Virus record (IMG/VR): IMGVR_UViG_3300038393_000351
Location: 1 to 64,000 of that record
Reading direction: 5' to 3' (one strand)
DNA from: a virus
Length of the DNA: 64,000 bases
Part shown: positions 18,379 through 25,455 of the stretch, one piece after another
How positions within the stretch are numbered: the stretch's first letter is position 1
How the letters are laid out: each line of letters starts with the position of its first letter
Made by a program: the position numbers and the translations under genes
The notes under the pieces: generated by a model
What the model was told of the DNA's origin: nothing
The model's database searches: none
The model's input: only the letters and a program-made list of their open reading frames with translations

Positions 18379-18716
18379 TTAAGCCATGTATCGAAATCAG
18401 CGTTGTCAGATTCGGACCATTCATAGTTGCTGACGTAGCGCTTACCCTCAGATAGTGCTTTAAAGTGAACTTCTGGTTCAAATTGTTCTGGATCAAACTG
18501 TCCCTCTAGACCATAGCACGAACAGTGCGAGCCGGTAACCATCTTCCACTCGGAGTCAGACTCATCAAAGAATACGACCATTGCATAACCATCGTATCCA
18601 CCACCATCGTATGAAGCCCAGATGTACTTGGGTTCAGGTGCTGTGCTGTCTAGAACAAAATTACAAACAACGTCGCTCCAGTCTTGAAATTGCCCAGAGT
18701 AGTTCTGATCATTCAT
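18354..18716 (-). CDS. hypothetical protein
   Basis: GSHCSCYGLEGQ motif; GAGG RBS. Confidence 0.7.
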   Translation of the reverse strand: MNDQNYSGQFQDWSDVVCNFVLDSTAPEPKYIWASYDGGGYDGYAMVVFFDESDSEWKMVTGSHCSCYGLEGQFDPEQFEPEVHFKALSEGKRYVSNYEWSESDNADFDTWLKWAVEQAS

Positions 18717-18741
18717 GATAAACCTCTCATTGTAAAAATAT

Positions 18742-18816
18742 TGGAGCGGACGACAGGTAACGATCCTGCCTCTTTAGTTTGGAAAACTAAGGCCCATCCA
18801 TCTAGACCACGTCAGC
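18742..18816 (-). tRNA. tRNA-Gly(TCC), atypical T-loop
   Basis: TTAGT-TTTCCAA-ACTAA; U73 then CCA; T-loop ATCGTTA; one acceptor mismatch. Confidence 0.75.
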
Positions 18817-18824
18817 TCAATCGG

Positions 18825-18925
18825 TACGTGTGCGACACCGTCCATCGCAGCCGGTGGTGTCCGTTCTTAGCATTCCGTCAGCCCTTTTCCCAGTAGCTAC
18901 TATGAGCGGGTTCTGAACACACGTA
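18825..18925 (-). ncRNA. candidate structured RNA between tRNAs
   Basis: Closing stem TACGTGTG/CACACGTA; inner stems GACACC/GGTGTC and TCAG..CCC/GGG-CTGA. Confidence 0.5.
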
Positions 18926-18928
18926 TTC

Positions 18929-19003
18929 TGGTGGACCGATCCGGAATCGAACCGGAAACTGAAGCTTGCAAAGCTACTGTTTTCCCGATTAAACTATCAG
19001 CCC
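18929..19003 (-). tRNA. tRNA-Ala(TGC)
   Basis: G3:U70 pair; loop TTTGCAA; A73 then CCA. Confidence 0.9.
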
Positions 19004-19004
19004 G

Positions 19005-19088
19005 AGCTAGGCACAGGATTTGAACCTGCGATGGGCTTGCGCCTCCGGCTTACAAAACCGTTCCGATCGACCACTCTGGCAACCTAGC
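19005..19088 (-). tRNA. tRNA-Thr(TGT) with long variable arm, CCA not encoded
   Basis: Acceptor GCTAGGT/GCCTAGC; CGGT-TTTGTAA-GCCG; variable region AGGCGCAAGCCCATC. Confidence 0.7.
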
Positions 19089-19096
19089 AAAAAATT

Positions 19097-19265
19097 TGGA
19101 GCGCATGGGAGGTTTCGAACCTCCTTTCATATCCTAAGTTTCACTTTCGTCTCTGCGTCCAGGCCATTTCAACACTCTTGCGGATCCGTTATCTGGAGTG
19201 TTGGTAAGGCGACGACTACTTGCATACCTCAAAGGATCGCTTTAATCCACATAAGCTACACGCGC
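19097..19265 (-). ncRNA. 169-nt tRNA-like RNA with ~97-nt insert replacing the anticodon loop
   Basis: Acceptor GCGCGTG/CATGCGC-T-CCA; D stem GCTT/AAGC; stem ATCCT/AGGAT; T arm GGAGG-TTCGAAA-CCTCC. Confidence 0.8.
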
Positions 19266-19279
19266 ATAATTAAACTTTT

Positions 19280-19365
19280 TGGTAGGTGATAATGGATTCG
19301 AACCACTGTAGACCGAAGCCAACGCGTTTACAGCGCGTCCCCTTTAACCACTCGGGCAATCACCT
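19280..19365 (-). tRNA. tRNA-Tyr(GTA)
   Basis: ACGCG-CTGTAAA-CGCGT; long variable arm; CCA. Confidence 0.95.
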
Positions 19366-19377
19366 TGAAACTATTAG

Positions 19378-19468
19378 GGAGGCTAGGTGCTGGTTAATTC
19401 ACCTAGGTCTACATCGCCGAGTAGACTTTACTTTCTGGGAGTTACCAACTCCTCTTGTGCAATCCTCC
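19378..19468 (-). ncRNA. candidate multi-hairpin RNA
   Basis: GGAGG/CCTCC enclosing GGAGTT/AACTCC, GTCTAC/GTAGAC and CTAGGTG/CACCTAG. Confidence 0.45.
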
Positions 19469-19501
19469 ACTTTCGCTCACTGGGTTATGAATCCAATGAG
19501 C

Positions 19502-19867
19502 TTATGTGTCTTTATCCATATTAGTTACTTGTTCGAACGTCATGCGTTTCTTACCTGACATCGGCGGCTGATCGCGATAGATGCCACACTCTTCATCGAG
19601 TTCTCTAGCAGAGAGTTCTATATAACGCCCGGCGATGCGTTCTTTATGAGCCTGAATCAAGCTCTCAAGAATAGCAGGCTTTGCTTCTTCGTGCATCCGA
19701 TTATACTCTTCGATCATTGACTTCGGCATCGGCTCAAGGAGATACTTTATATCCATGAACTTATCGAAGTCCTCACCGAGTTCGTAATGAAGTGCGGTGA
19801 TCTTACCATTCCATTCAGGAGTAGAAGCTTGAATTGTATCCAGCATTTCTTGATCAGCCCAGGGCAT
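19502..19867 (-). CDS. hypothetical protein within the tRNA cluster
   Basis: 121-aa ORF; AGGA upstream. Confidence 0.65.
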   Translation of the reverse strand: MPWADQEMLDTIQASTPEWNGKITALHYELGEDFDKFMDIKYLLEPMPKSMIEEYNRMHEEAKPAILESLIQAHKERIAGRYIELSARELDEECGIYRDQPPMSGKKRMTFEQVTNMDKDT

Positions 19868-19895
19868 CTCTCTGTCCTTTAAAATTCCTCACCCC

Positions 19896-19935
19896 GAGGG
19901 GATGTGCCATCACCACTCTCACTGCACATCCCCTC
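19896..19935. repeat. 12-bp inverted repeat hairpin
   Basis: gaggggatgtgc-N16-gcacatcccctc. Confidence 0.6.
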
Positions 19936-19943
19936 TGGTATTC

Positions 19944-20013
19944 TGGTGACGGAGTTGGGTATGATCCAACATTTCGGGCTCTAAACACCCGCGTCCTACT
20001 TAGACGATCCGCC
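19944..20013 (-). tRNA. atypical tRNA-like RNA with TTA anticodon (ochre-suppressor-like or pseudo)
   Basis: GGCGGA/TCCGTC-A-CCA; CGGGT-GTTTAGA-GCCCG; GTTGG-ATCATAC-CCAAC. Confidence 0.55.
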
Positions 20014-20020
20014 GTAAACT

Positions 20021-20099
20021 TGGCTGCACTGGATGGATTCTCACCACCAACGTCGGTCAATGCATCAGACCGGTGTTTTAAGTGTTAAACTACAATGCA
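20021..20099 (-). tRNA. tRNA-like RNA with 9-nt anticodon loop (isotype undetermined)
   Basis: TGCATTG/CAGTGCA-G-CCA; CGGTC-TGATGCATT-GACCG; T-loop TGAGAAT. Confidence 0.55.
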
Positions 20100-20120
20100 A
20101 TAAACTTCATGATCTATAAT

Positions 20121-20197
20121 TGGTCAGGGTGGGTGGATTTGAACCACCGTCCCAGCTTTCCGAGAGCCGTACTTTAACCAGACTAAGCTACACCCTG
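20121..20197 (-). tRNA. tRNA-Pro(CGG)
   Basis: C1-G72; CGGCT-CTCGGAA-AGCTG; CCA. Confidence 0.92.
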
Positions 20198-20206
20198 TTG
20201 AAAACT

Positions 20207-20282
20207 TGGTGCAACCTTCTGGAATCGAACCAGACCCTCCGGGACTTCACGCCGGCGCTCTACACGTCTAAGCTAAGGTTGC
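20207..20282 (-). tRNA. tRNA-Phe(GAA)
   Basis: Cloverleaf; loop GTGAAGT; C-C mismatch closing the stem; CCA. Confidence 0.85.
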
Positions 20283-20376
20283 TTATCTATGCAGAGAGTA
20301 ACTAAATTGTCGGAATTTTTTAGAAGAATTACTCTCTGCGGATATTTTCGACCGGGAGAGCTAGCGTGAAGAACCC

Positions 20377-20475
20377 TTAGTTACAATATCTCAGATACCA
20401 TTGATATCGTCCTCGGGTGCCTGTACTGGCCCACCCGGCGATAAATGGCTTTGCTGTATTTTTGTAGCGAGACAT
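20377..20475 (-). CDS. 32-aa basic peptide at the head of the tRNA transcript
   Basis: GAGGA RBS; MSRYKNTAKPFIAGWASTGTRGRYQWYLRYCN. Confidence 0.45.
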   Translation of the reverse strand: MSRYKNTAKPFIAGWASTGTRGRYQWYLRYCN

Positions 20476-20499
20476 TTTGTTCCTCAAGAATTGATAGTC

Positions 20500-20507
20500 T
20501 ATTTATA
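20500..20507 (-). promoter_or_regulatory. late promoter TATAAATA
   Basis: Perfect consensus upstream of the main tRNA cluster. Confidence 0.7.
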
Positions 20508-20544
20508 CACTAGAGCTGCTCAGATTTACACTTCTTTTTAAATT

Positions 20545-20778
20545 TTAGCAGCGGACGAGTGTCTTATCGCTAAAGATGTCAAGCGGCTGGTGAATCGCAT
20601 TGAGCTTATCCTGATGCTCCTTGTCACCCATCTTCGGATCGATGTCGTGAACGAAGACGAGATCCAAGTGCTTCCTGATCATGTCAACCTGCTCCCTGGT
20701 CAAGAAAGCACCCTTGTGCTCGGGGTCCTTTATCTCAAAGTAGCCCTGAAGCCAGAATACGAAATCACGCGCCTGCAT
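20545..20778 (-). CDS. hypothetical protein
   Basis: FVFWLQGYFEI...IRKHLDLVF, common in phages. Confidence 0.7.
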   Translation of the reverse strand: MQARDFVFWLQGYFEIKDPEHKGAFLTREQVDMIRKHLDLVFVHDIDPKMGDKEHQDKLNAIHQPLDIFSDKTLVRC

Positions 20779-20935
20779 CGTCGTTCTCCATGACTTCGGT
20801 AGCAGTCAGAATCTGCAGACCGTACATTCCAGCACTCTCAACTTCGATCTGCCACGTCGTTCCATCTGTGAAGTAGAACGTCCAGCAGTTGCACGCGCTT
20901 GTGTCTACGTGATCGATCGTCTTATTGCGCCACAT
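20765..20935 (-). CDS. hypothetical protein (56 aa)
   Basis: GGGAG RBS; MWRNKTIDHVD... Confidence 0.55.
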   Translation of the reverse strand: MWRNKTIDHVDTSACNCWTFYFTDGTTWQIEVESAGMYGLQILTATEVMENDDAGA

Positions 20936-20947
20936 CTAGTATTCTCC

Positions 20948-22072
20948 CTAAAATCCGCGCCAGTCGTAGATTTTTTCCTCTTGACGAGTCAGCTTAAGAA
21001 CGTCGCCCATCTCATTCTTCAGGATCATGACTGATCCCTCGCACTTGACGATGTCCAAGTTCACGAAAGTCGGATACTGAATCCTCTTATCATCGAACTC
21101 ACCTTCTTCCCACTGCCTCTGAGCTTCCTCGTTGCCCAGAAGCTCACGAGGAAGAGTCGGATAATACAGTGTGAACATGAAACTCTCACTCGTCGTCAGC
21201 GGATTCTTGATGACTTTCGGTGCGATTTCATCTCCACCCTTGAGAACATAGCCCTCGCGTGTGGTAAGCTCAACGGCGTACGTAGCATAGTCTTTTGAGG
21301 GATTGATGTTCAAGAACTCAAGAGCTTGCCTGGGTGTCTCGTTGTACCGGTTCATTTCCTCGACGAGCGCTTTGAGCATATCGAAGTTGAACGTCTTGAA
21401 GATGTCGATGATTCGAACGACGTTCTCGATCTGCGACTTGTCGTTAAGAACATCGTTCAGATAGTCTAGGACGAAATCGGAAGAGAGACCCGAGAACTCC
21501 ATGATGTAGAACAGACGACCCGGACGGTTGATCATGTATTGATCGATCGCGAGCTTGTCGTTGCACGTCATCAGGAAGAGCTTGCGGCTCTGAAACACAC
21601 CGTCAAGCAGCGTCAGGATCGACTCCTGACCATCGTTCTTTCTGGGGTTGTACATCTTCTCGAACTCATCGAAGAGGATGATCGTCGGCTGCGTGATAGC
21701 AGCTAGGAACTCCATGAACGCTTCTCCACTGTACGCGGAGTTGATGATGATCGTTGGGATTCCCTTCTCAGCGGCTTTGATCGAGATCTCACGAGCAAGG
21801 AGAGTCTTACCAGAACCCTTCTCACCGACGAGGAGAGTTCCTGTCGAAGCGGGTCGATCCATGAAAGTGTTCAAGATTCGATCGGCGTTCTGCAGACTCG
21901 ATCCATATACTTTTGGAAGCTGAACGAAAGACTCAGTCTGTTCAAGAAAGAAGCCATCGACTTGAGTGTACTTCACCGTGTAGTTAGCCACGGGAAGATC
22001 GTCCAACATCGTAAAAGATGTATCCTTGGCGATCTTATAGATGTTGTTCGACTGAAAGTACTTGGTAGCCAC
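20948..22072 (-). CDS. AAA+ ATPase
   Basis: GEKGSGKT, ILFDEFEK, LLDG, NRPGR. Confidence 0.9.
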   Translation of the reverse strand: MATKYFQSNNIYKIAKDTSFTMLDDLPVANYTVKYTQVDGFFLEQTESFVQLPKVYGSSLQNADRILNTFMDRPASTGTLLVGEKGSGKTLLAREISIKAAEKGIPTIIINSAYSGEAFMEFLAAITQPTIILFDEFEKMYNPRKNDGQESILTLLDGVFQSRKLFLMTCNDKLAIDQYMINRPGRLFYIMEFSGLSSDFVLDYLNDVLNDKSQIENVVRIIDIFKTFNFDMLKALVEEMNRYNETPRQALEFLNINPSKDYATYAVELTTREGYVLKGGDEIAPKVIKNPLTTSESFMFTLYYPTLPRELLGNEEAQRQWEEGEFDDKRIQYPTFVNLDIVKCEGSVMILKNEMGDVLKLTRQEEKIYDWRGF

Positions 22073-22106
22073 TGTATGTGTCCTTTGTCCGACTTCAAAA
22101 TTTTAA

Positions 22107-22179
22107 CGAGCTTGCATGGGAATCGAACCCATGTCTCTGACTTCCACGCCAGCGTCAAGTCCACTCTACTAACAAGCTC
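22107..22179 (-). ncRNA. tRNA-like RNA with 6-nt anticodon loop, no CCA
   Basis: GAGCTTG/CAAGCTC; CTGGC-GTGGAA-GTCAG; CATGGG-TTCGATT-CCCATG. Confidence 0.6.
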
Positions 22180-22181
22180 TA

Positions 22182-22265
22182 TCCAAGGGCAGGGGATTTC
22201 GAACTCCCCTACTTTTTCACTGTCGTTTCACCACTACGGAGTCGAACCGCCGACAGCGACTTGAA
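22182..22265 (-). ncRNA. candidate RNA with two T-arm-like hairpins
   Basis: GCGG-TTCGACT-CCGT inside CTGTCG/CGACAG, followed by AGGGGA-GTTCGAAA-TCCCCT. Confidence 0.5.
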
Positions 22266-22266
22266 T

Positions 22267-23436
22267 CTACGTAATTATATGAGGTACTACTCTCGATTTA
22301 TCGATGATGATCGGCGTGTCGTCTTCTCTGATGATTAGTCCAGTGGGTTCGTCTCCGACTACCCACGATCCGATCACAGCGTACTGATCATCGAACTTCG
22401 GGAGTTGAAACGCCTTCTGAATGATTGACCCACCCTGATTATAATCACCCTTCGTCTCATGTAAAACTTTTCCTCCCTCGAACCACTGAATGTTGGCACC
22501 TTCGCGGGAGTACATGGGTTTCTTAACCCATTGATCCTTCATCTTGTTGTAGTCCATCACTCCGTTGTCGAACGACGCTTCGAGAAGATTCTCGTGGTTC
22601 GGGAACATCTCCCAGAGAATGGGAAGGATTCCCTTGTTCGATAAGATCATCTTCCACGCGGGCTCAAGGATTCCCATGTCTACATTGGGAATGTGCTTAC
22701 CGAACTCCTCTCGACAGAGCCACTCCCATGGATAGAGCTTGAACCACCAGAGAATTGGGTTCTCCTCAACGTCGGTGAAGCACTCACCGTTCCATCCGAT
22801 GTTCCCCATGTCGATGAACTCGGAGAAGATGTGTGCCTGATCACAAGTGTCGCGAAGGTACTCAGTAGTTGCGTACTCCTCGAGCGACTCAGAGCTTGCA
22901 CCGAAGTAGAGGCACTCATCACCGATGAAGAGTTTCAGAGAATTCCATCTAGCAACCAGAGCATCGTGAATGGAATTGAACTGATCGGCTTTCGGAAACT
23001 TATCCTCCATCCAGTACCACTGGACAACGGCTGACTCGATCAGGGTAGTCGGTGTGTCGGCGTTGTACTCCAGAAGCTTGGGAGGATTGACTCCATCGTA
23101 AGCGAGATCCATGCGTCCGTAGATCGATGGGTGATTCTCATAGATCGATCGGTGAATCACGTCGTGAAACTCTTCTGGAATCCCGAGTTGATTCATCATG
23201 AAATTGGAAGAACCAACTCTCTTCACGGCTTCCAGGCACATCTGGTGCAGGTCAGACGTCGCTTTCTTCAAGCGCTCGTAGTCGTCGTTGCTGAACTCAT
23301 AGTACGCACCCTCATACCAGTTCGTACCAAAGTTCGTCACGTTGTCCGGACGGACTCCGTTGGAGTGAAAAGTAAAACCCTGCCCCTCCACGATCTTTTG
23401 CCAGTTCGGACGCGGATCTGTAGTACAACGCTTCAT
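22267..23436 (-). CDS. glutathionylspermidine synthase-like ATP-grasp ligase (YgiC-like)
   Basis: YGRMDLAY, KLLEYNADTPT, FKLYPWE, SNKGIL, SREGAN. Confidence 0.9.
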   Translation of the reverse strand: MKRCTTDPRPNWQKIVEGQGFTFHSNGVRPDNVTNFGTNWYEGAYYEFSNDDYERLKKATSDLHQMCLEAVKRVGSSNFMMNQLGIPEEFHDVIHRSIYENHPSIYGRMDLAYDGVNPPKLLEYNADTPTTLIESAVVQWYWMEDKFPKADQFNSIHDALVARWNSLKLFIGDECLYFGASSESLEEYATTEYLRDTCDQAHIFSEFIDMGNIGWNGECFTDVEENPILWWFKLYPWEWLCREEFGKHIPNVDMGILEPAWKMILSNKGILPILWEMFPNHENLLEASFDNGVMDYNKMKDQWVKKPMYSREGANIQWFEGGKVLHETKGDYNQGGSIIQKAFQLPKFDDQYAVIGSWVVGDEPTGLIIREDDTPIIIDKSRVVPHIIT

Positions 23437-23448
23437 GATGTGTTCCTA

Positions 23449-23883
23449 TCAGGCTGAGGCTGAGAACGACCTGCCGGTGCTTCCAAATCCACCGCGAACC
23501 GAGGGACTCGAGAAAGCCCTGGATGAAGACCAGGAACCCGTTCGCGCACTGGGCGTCGCCGCAAAGATGGGCTTGGATGGAGCGTATCCCGATGCCATCC
23601 TGGGAGCAGAGGGAAGATACCCACCGTGGAATCCAGGAGACGGCAGAAAGATCGGGAGGATCGTAGTCGATGAAGACGTCGATCCTCCGTTAGTTCCGGA
23701 TGTCGATGTTTGAACCGCTTTCTTCACTGGCTCAGTCTGGCAGTTCTCCTTACCGATGTTGACTGCGCAGTCCTCAAAGGACTCAAACGCCATTCCATCC
23801 CCATAAGGAGAGTCAGTATCGTCGCACGCAGCGAGTGTCAGAGATGCCAGCAGCAGAGCTACTGTGATGGATTTGGTTCTCAT
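23449..23883 (-). CDS. DUF1190/YgiB-like lipoprotein
   Basis: Lipobox LAAC; Ser/Gly-rich tail with RGGFG. Confidence 0.8.
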   Translation of the reverse strand: MRTKSITVALLLASLTLAACDDTDSPYGDGMAFESFEDCAVNIGKENCQTEPVKKAVQTSTSGTNGGSTSSSTTILPIFLPSPGFHGGYLPSAPRMASGYAPSKPIFAATPSARTGSWSSSRAFSSPSVRGGFGSTGRSFSASA

Positions 23884-23894
23884 CGTATCTTCCT

Positions 23895-24530
23895 TTAGTT
23901 GAACTTAATCTTCGGAGCCTTCTTAGAATCTGCGTCGGCTTCGAAGAAGGACTTAGTGCTGAATCCGAACGCCGAGGCTAAGATGTTCCCCGGAAACACG
24001 CGAACCGCTTGGTTGTAGTTGCGGATCGTAACGTTCTCCAGGATGCGTACCTTGACGATGCGCTCCTCGGTGTTCTTGATCTCGTCCATGAGCTTGGAGA
24101 AGAGGGGCGCCGACTTCAGTTCGGGATAAGCTTCACGAACCTGATTGATCGCCATCATCGCCTGCTGAGTAGCAACAGCTGCCGCGGCCTGGTTCTCCTG
24201 GTACTTCTTCCGGAGCTCGGCGTTCTTCTCCAGAGCTTCTGAAGTCGCGGGCTTGCCGGTCGCGGGATCGATGGGAAACTGCTTTGCCACACCCGCTCGT
24301 GCTTGAGCGGTCTCGATCAGAGTACGCTGCTCGTGCGTCGCGTATCCCTTGACAGTCTCGGCGGCGTTGTTCAGCAGATCAGCCCGACGCTGCAGGTTCG
24401 TCTGCACATTCGCCTCGGCGGTCTGTACTTTCAGGTCGAGCTTCGTCAGTCGATTGTAGGTGGGAACGGTAAGCATCAGACCGGCAACAACTGCGCCCGC
24501 GATCACAATGCCGGTAACTTTCTTACTCAT
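23895..24530 (-). CDS. lemA: LemA family protein
   Basis: N-terminal TM; YNRL, QRRADL, VKGYATHE, EAYPELK, FPGNILA. Confidence 0.9.
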   Translation of the reverse strand: MSKKVTGIVIAGAVVAGLMLTVPTYNRLTKLDLKVQTAEANVQTNLQRRADLLNNAAETVKGYATHEQRTLIETAQARAGVAKQFPIDPATGKPATSEALEKNAELRKKYQENQAAAAVATQQAMMAINQVREAYPELKSAPLFSKLMDEIKNTEERIVKVRILENVTIRNYNQAVRVFPGNILASAFGFSTKSFFEADADSKKAPKIKFN

Positions 24531-24598
24531 ATCTCAAATTCCTTTCCAAAGAGATAAGGAAACATATTCTATAGATGATACCGATGAAACTAGAAAAC

Positions 24599-24675
24599 AC
24601 TCTCTATATAGGATTCGAACATATTTTACCCTACTAACTTCAGGCGTCCTTACCTGGCTTAGACGAATAGAGAGC
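24599..24675 (-). pseudogene. degenerate tRNA-like sequence
   Basis: CTCTCTAT/ATAGAGAG; D arm GTCT..GGAC; GTTCGAATC; A at position 33; no CCA. Confidence 0.5.
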
Positions 24676-24682
24676 ATTATCT

Positions 24683-24757
24683 TGGTTGCGGGTGCACGAA
24701 TCGAACGTACGTCTGCAGGCAATGAACCTGCCAAGGCAACCACTCCTCCAACCCGCA
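24683..24757 (-). tRNA. tRNA-Met(CAT), initiator-like
   Basis: TGCGGGT/ACCCGCA-A-CCA; GCAGG-TTCATTG-CCTGC. Confidence 0.85.
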
Positions 24758-24780
24758 GTAGACTCAGCGCCCTAAGGTGT

Positions 24781-24936
24781 TCAGGGCGCTCTTAGCACAA
24801 TCGTCGTTGGGGAAACGAACCAGGTGCTTTTCAGTCGGCGTGCTTTGTTGTGCTCACGTCGACCGCTGTTCTTGTATACGGAGCAGGAGATCTTGTTGCG
24901 TCCGATCTTCCGCATTCCGCCGCTTTTTGAAGCCAT
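24781..24936 (-). CDS. small basic protein
   Basis: AAGGAGGA RBS; MASKSGGMRKIGRNK... Confidence 0.65.
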   Translation of the reverse strand: MASKSGGMRKIGRNKISCSVYKNSGRREHNKARRLKSTWFVSPTTIVLRAP

Positions 24937-25072
24937 TTTAGTCCTCCTTCAAGTAGAGGACCCTCGGGATTGAAGGTCCTACTTACTTGGCATCAGACCA
25001 ATTCCCTTCTTTATACATTTTTCATTCTCCATTTAACCCACGCTTTAAGTGGATCGGGTGTTGTTGTGATAT

Positions 25073-25222
25073 TTAGGCGATCACCAGCTTTTTGAAGCGC
25101 GCTGTTGGATCCACGTGCTCCTTCTTCCACTTCTCAGCGTCCTTCTTATACCAGAAGAGCTTGACTTCGTTTGTGATGCTGGTGATGCACACGTAGCAGT
25201 ACATCCTGTTGTCGCTGGACAT
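25073..25222 (-). CDS. hypothetical protein (49 aa)
   Basis: Starts 2 nt after the upstream stop. Confidence 0.5.
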   Translation of the reverse strand: MSSDNRMYCYVCITSITNEVKLFWYKKDAEKWKKEHVDPTARFKKLVIA

Positions 25223-25224
25223 GA

Positions 25225-25455
25225 TCAGGCTTCGATCGTGATTTTAGTTCCTGGTTCAAGATGGATGAACGCTCTTTCGTCCCAGGCTCCACAGTAGAAT
25301 CCCAGAGGATTCACTGCAAATTCACCGGCGTGAACGACTACACCCCTCCCCGGCTCAGTGAATAGGACGACGTAGTTGCTCATTGCGTTTTCTGAATCCG
25401 GACGCTTCAGACACGGATATTCACTTTTCTTTTCTTTCGTCAGAGTAGTCCGCAT
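25225..25455 (-). CDS. hypothetical protein
   Basis: 76-aa ORF. Confidence 0.6.
   Translation of the reverse strand: MRTTLTKEKKSEYPCLKRPDSENAMSNYVVLFTEPGRGVVVHAGEFAVNPLGFYCGAWDERAFIHLEPGTKITIEA

Noticed and set aside
18825-18925. HDV-like (theta) ribozyme 3' of tRNA-Ala
   Set aside because: GTTC...GCTAA-GAAC is suggestive, but I could not build P1, P3 and P1.1, and the tRNA already encodes CCA
19097-19265. tmRNA or group I intron-containing tRNA
   Set aside because: No G3:U70 pair, D arm is intact, insert is only ~97 nt, and no recognisable intron core or tag ORF
19944-20013. Genome-wide stop-codon reassignment
   Set aside because: Core genes are full length in the standard code and end in TAA, TAG and TGA
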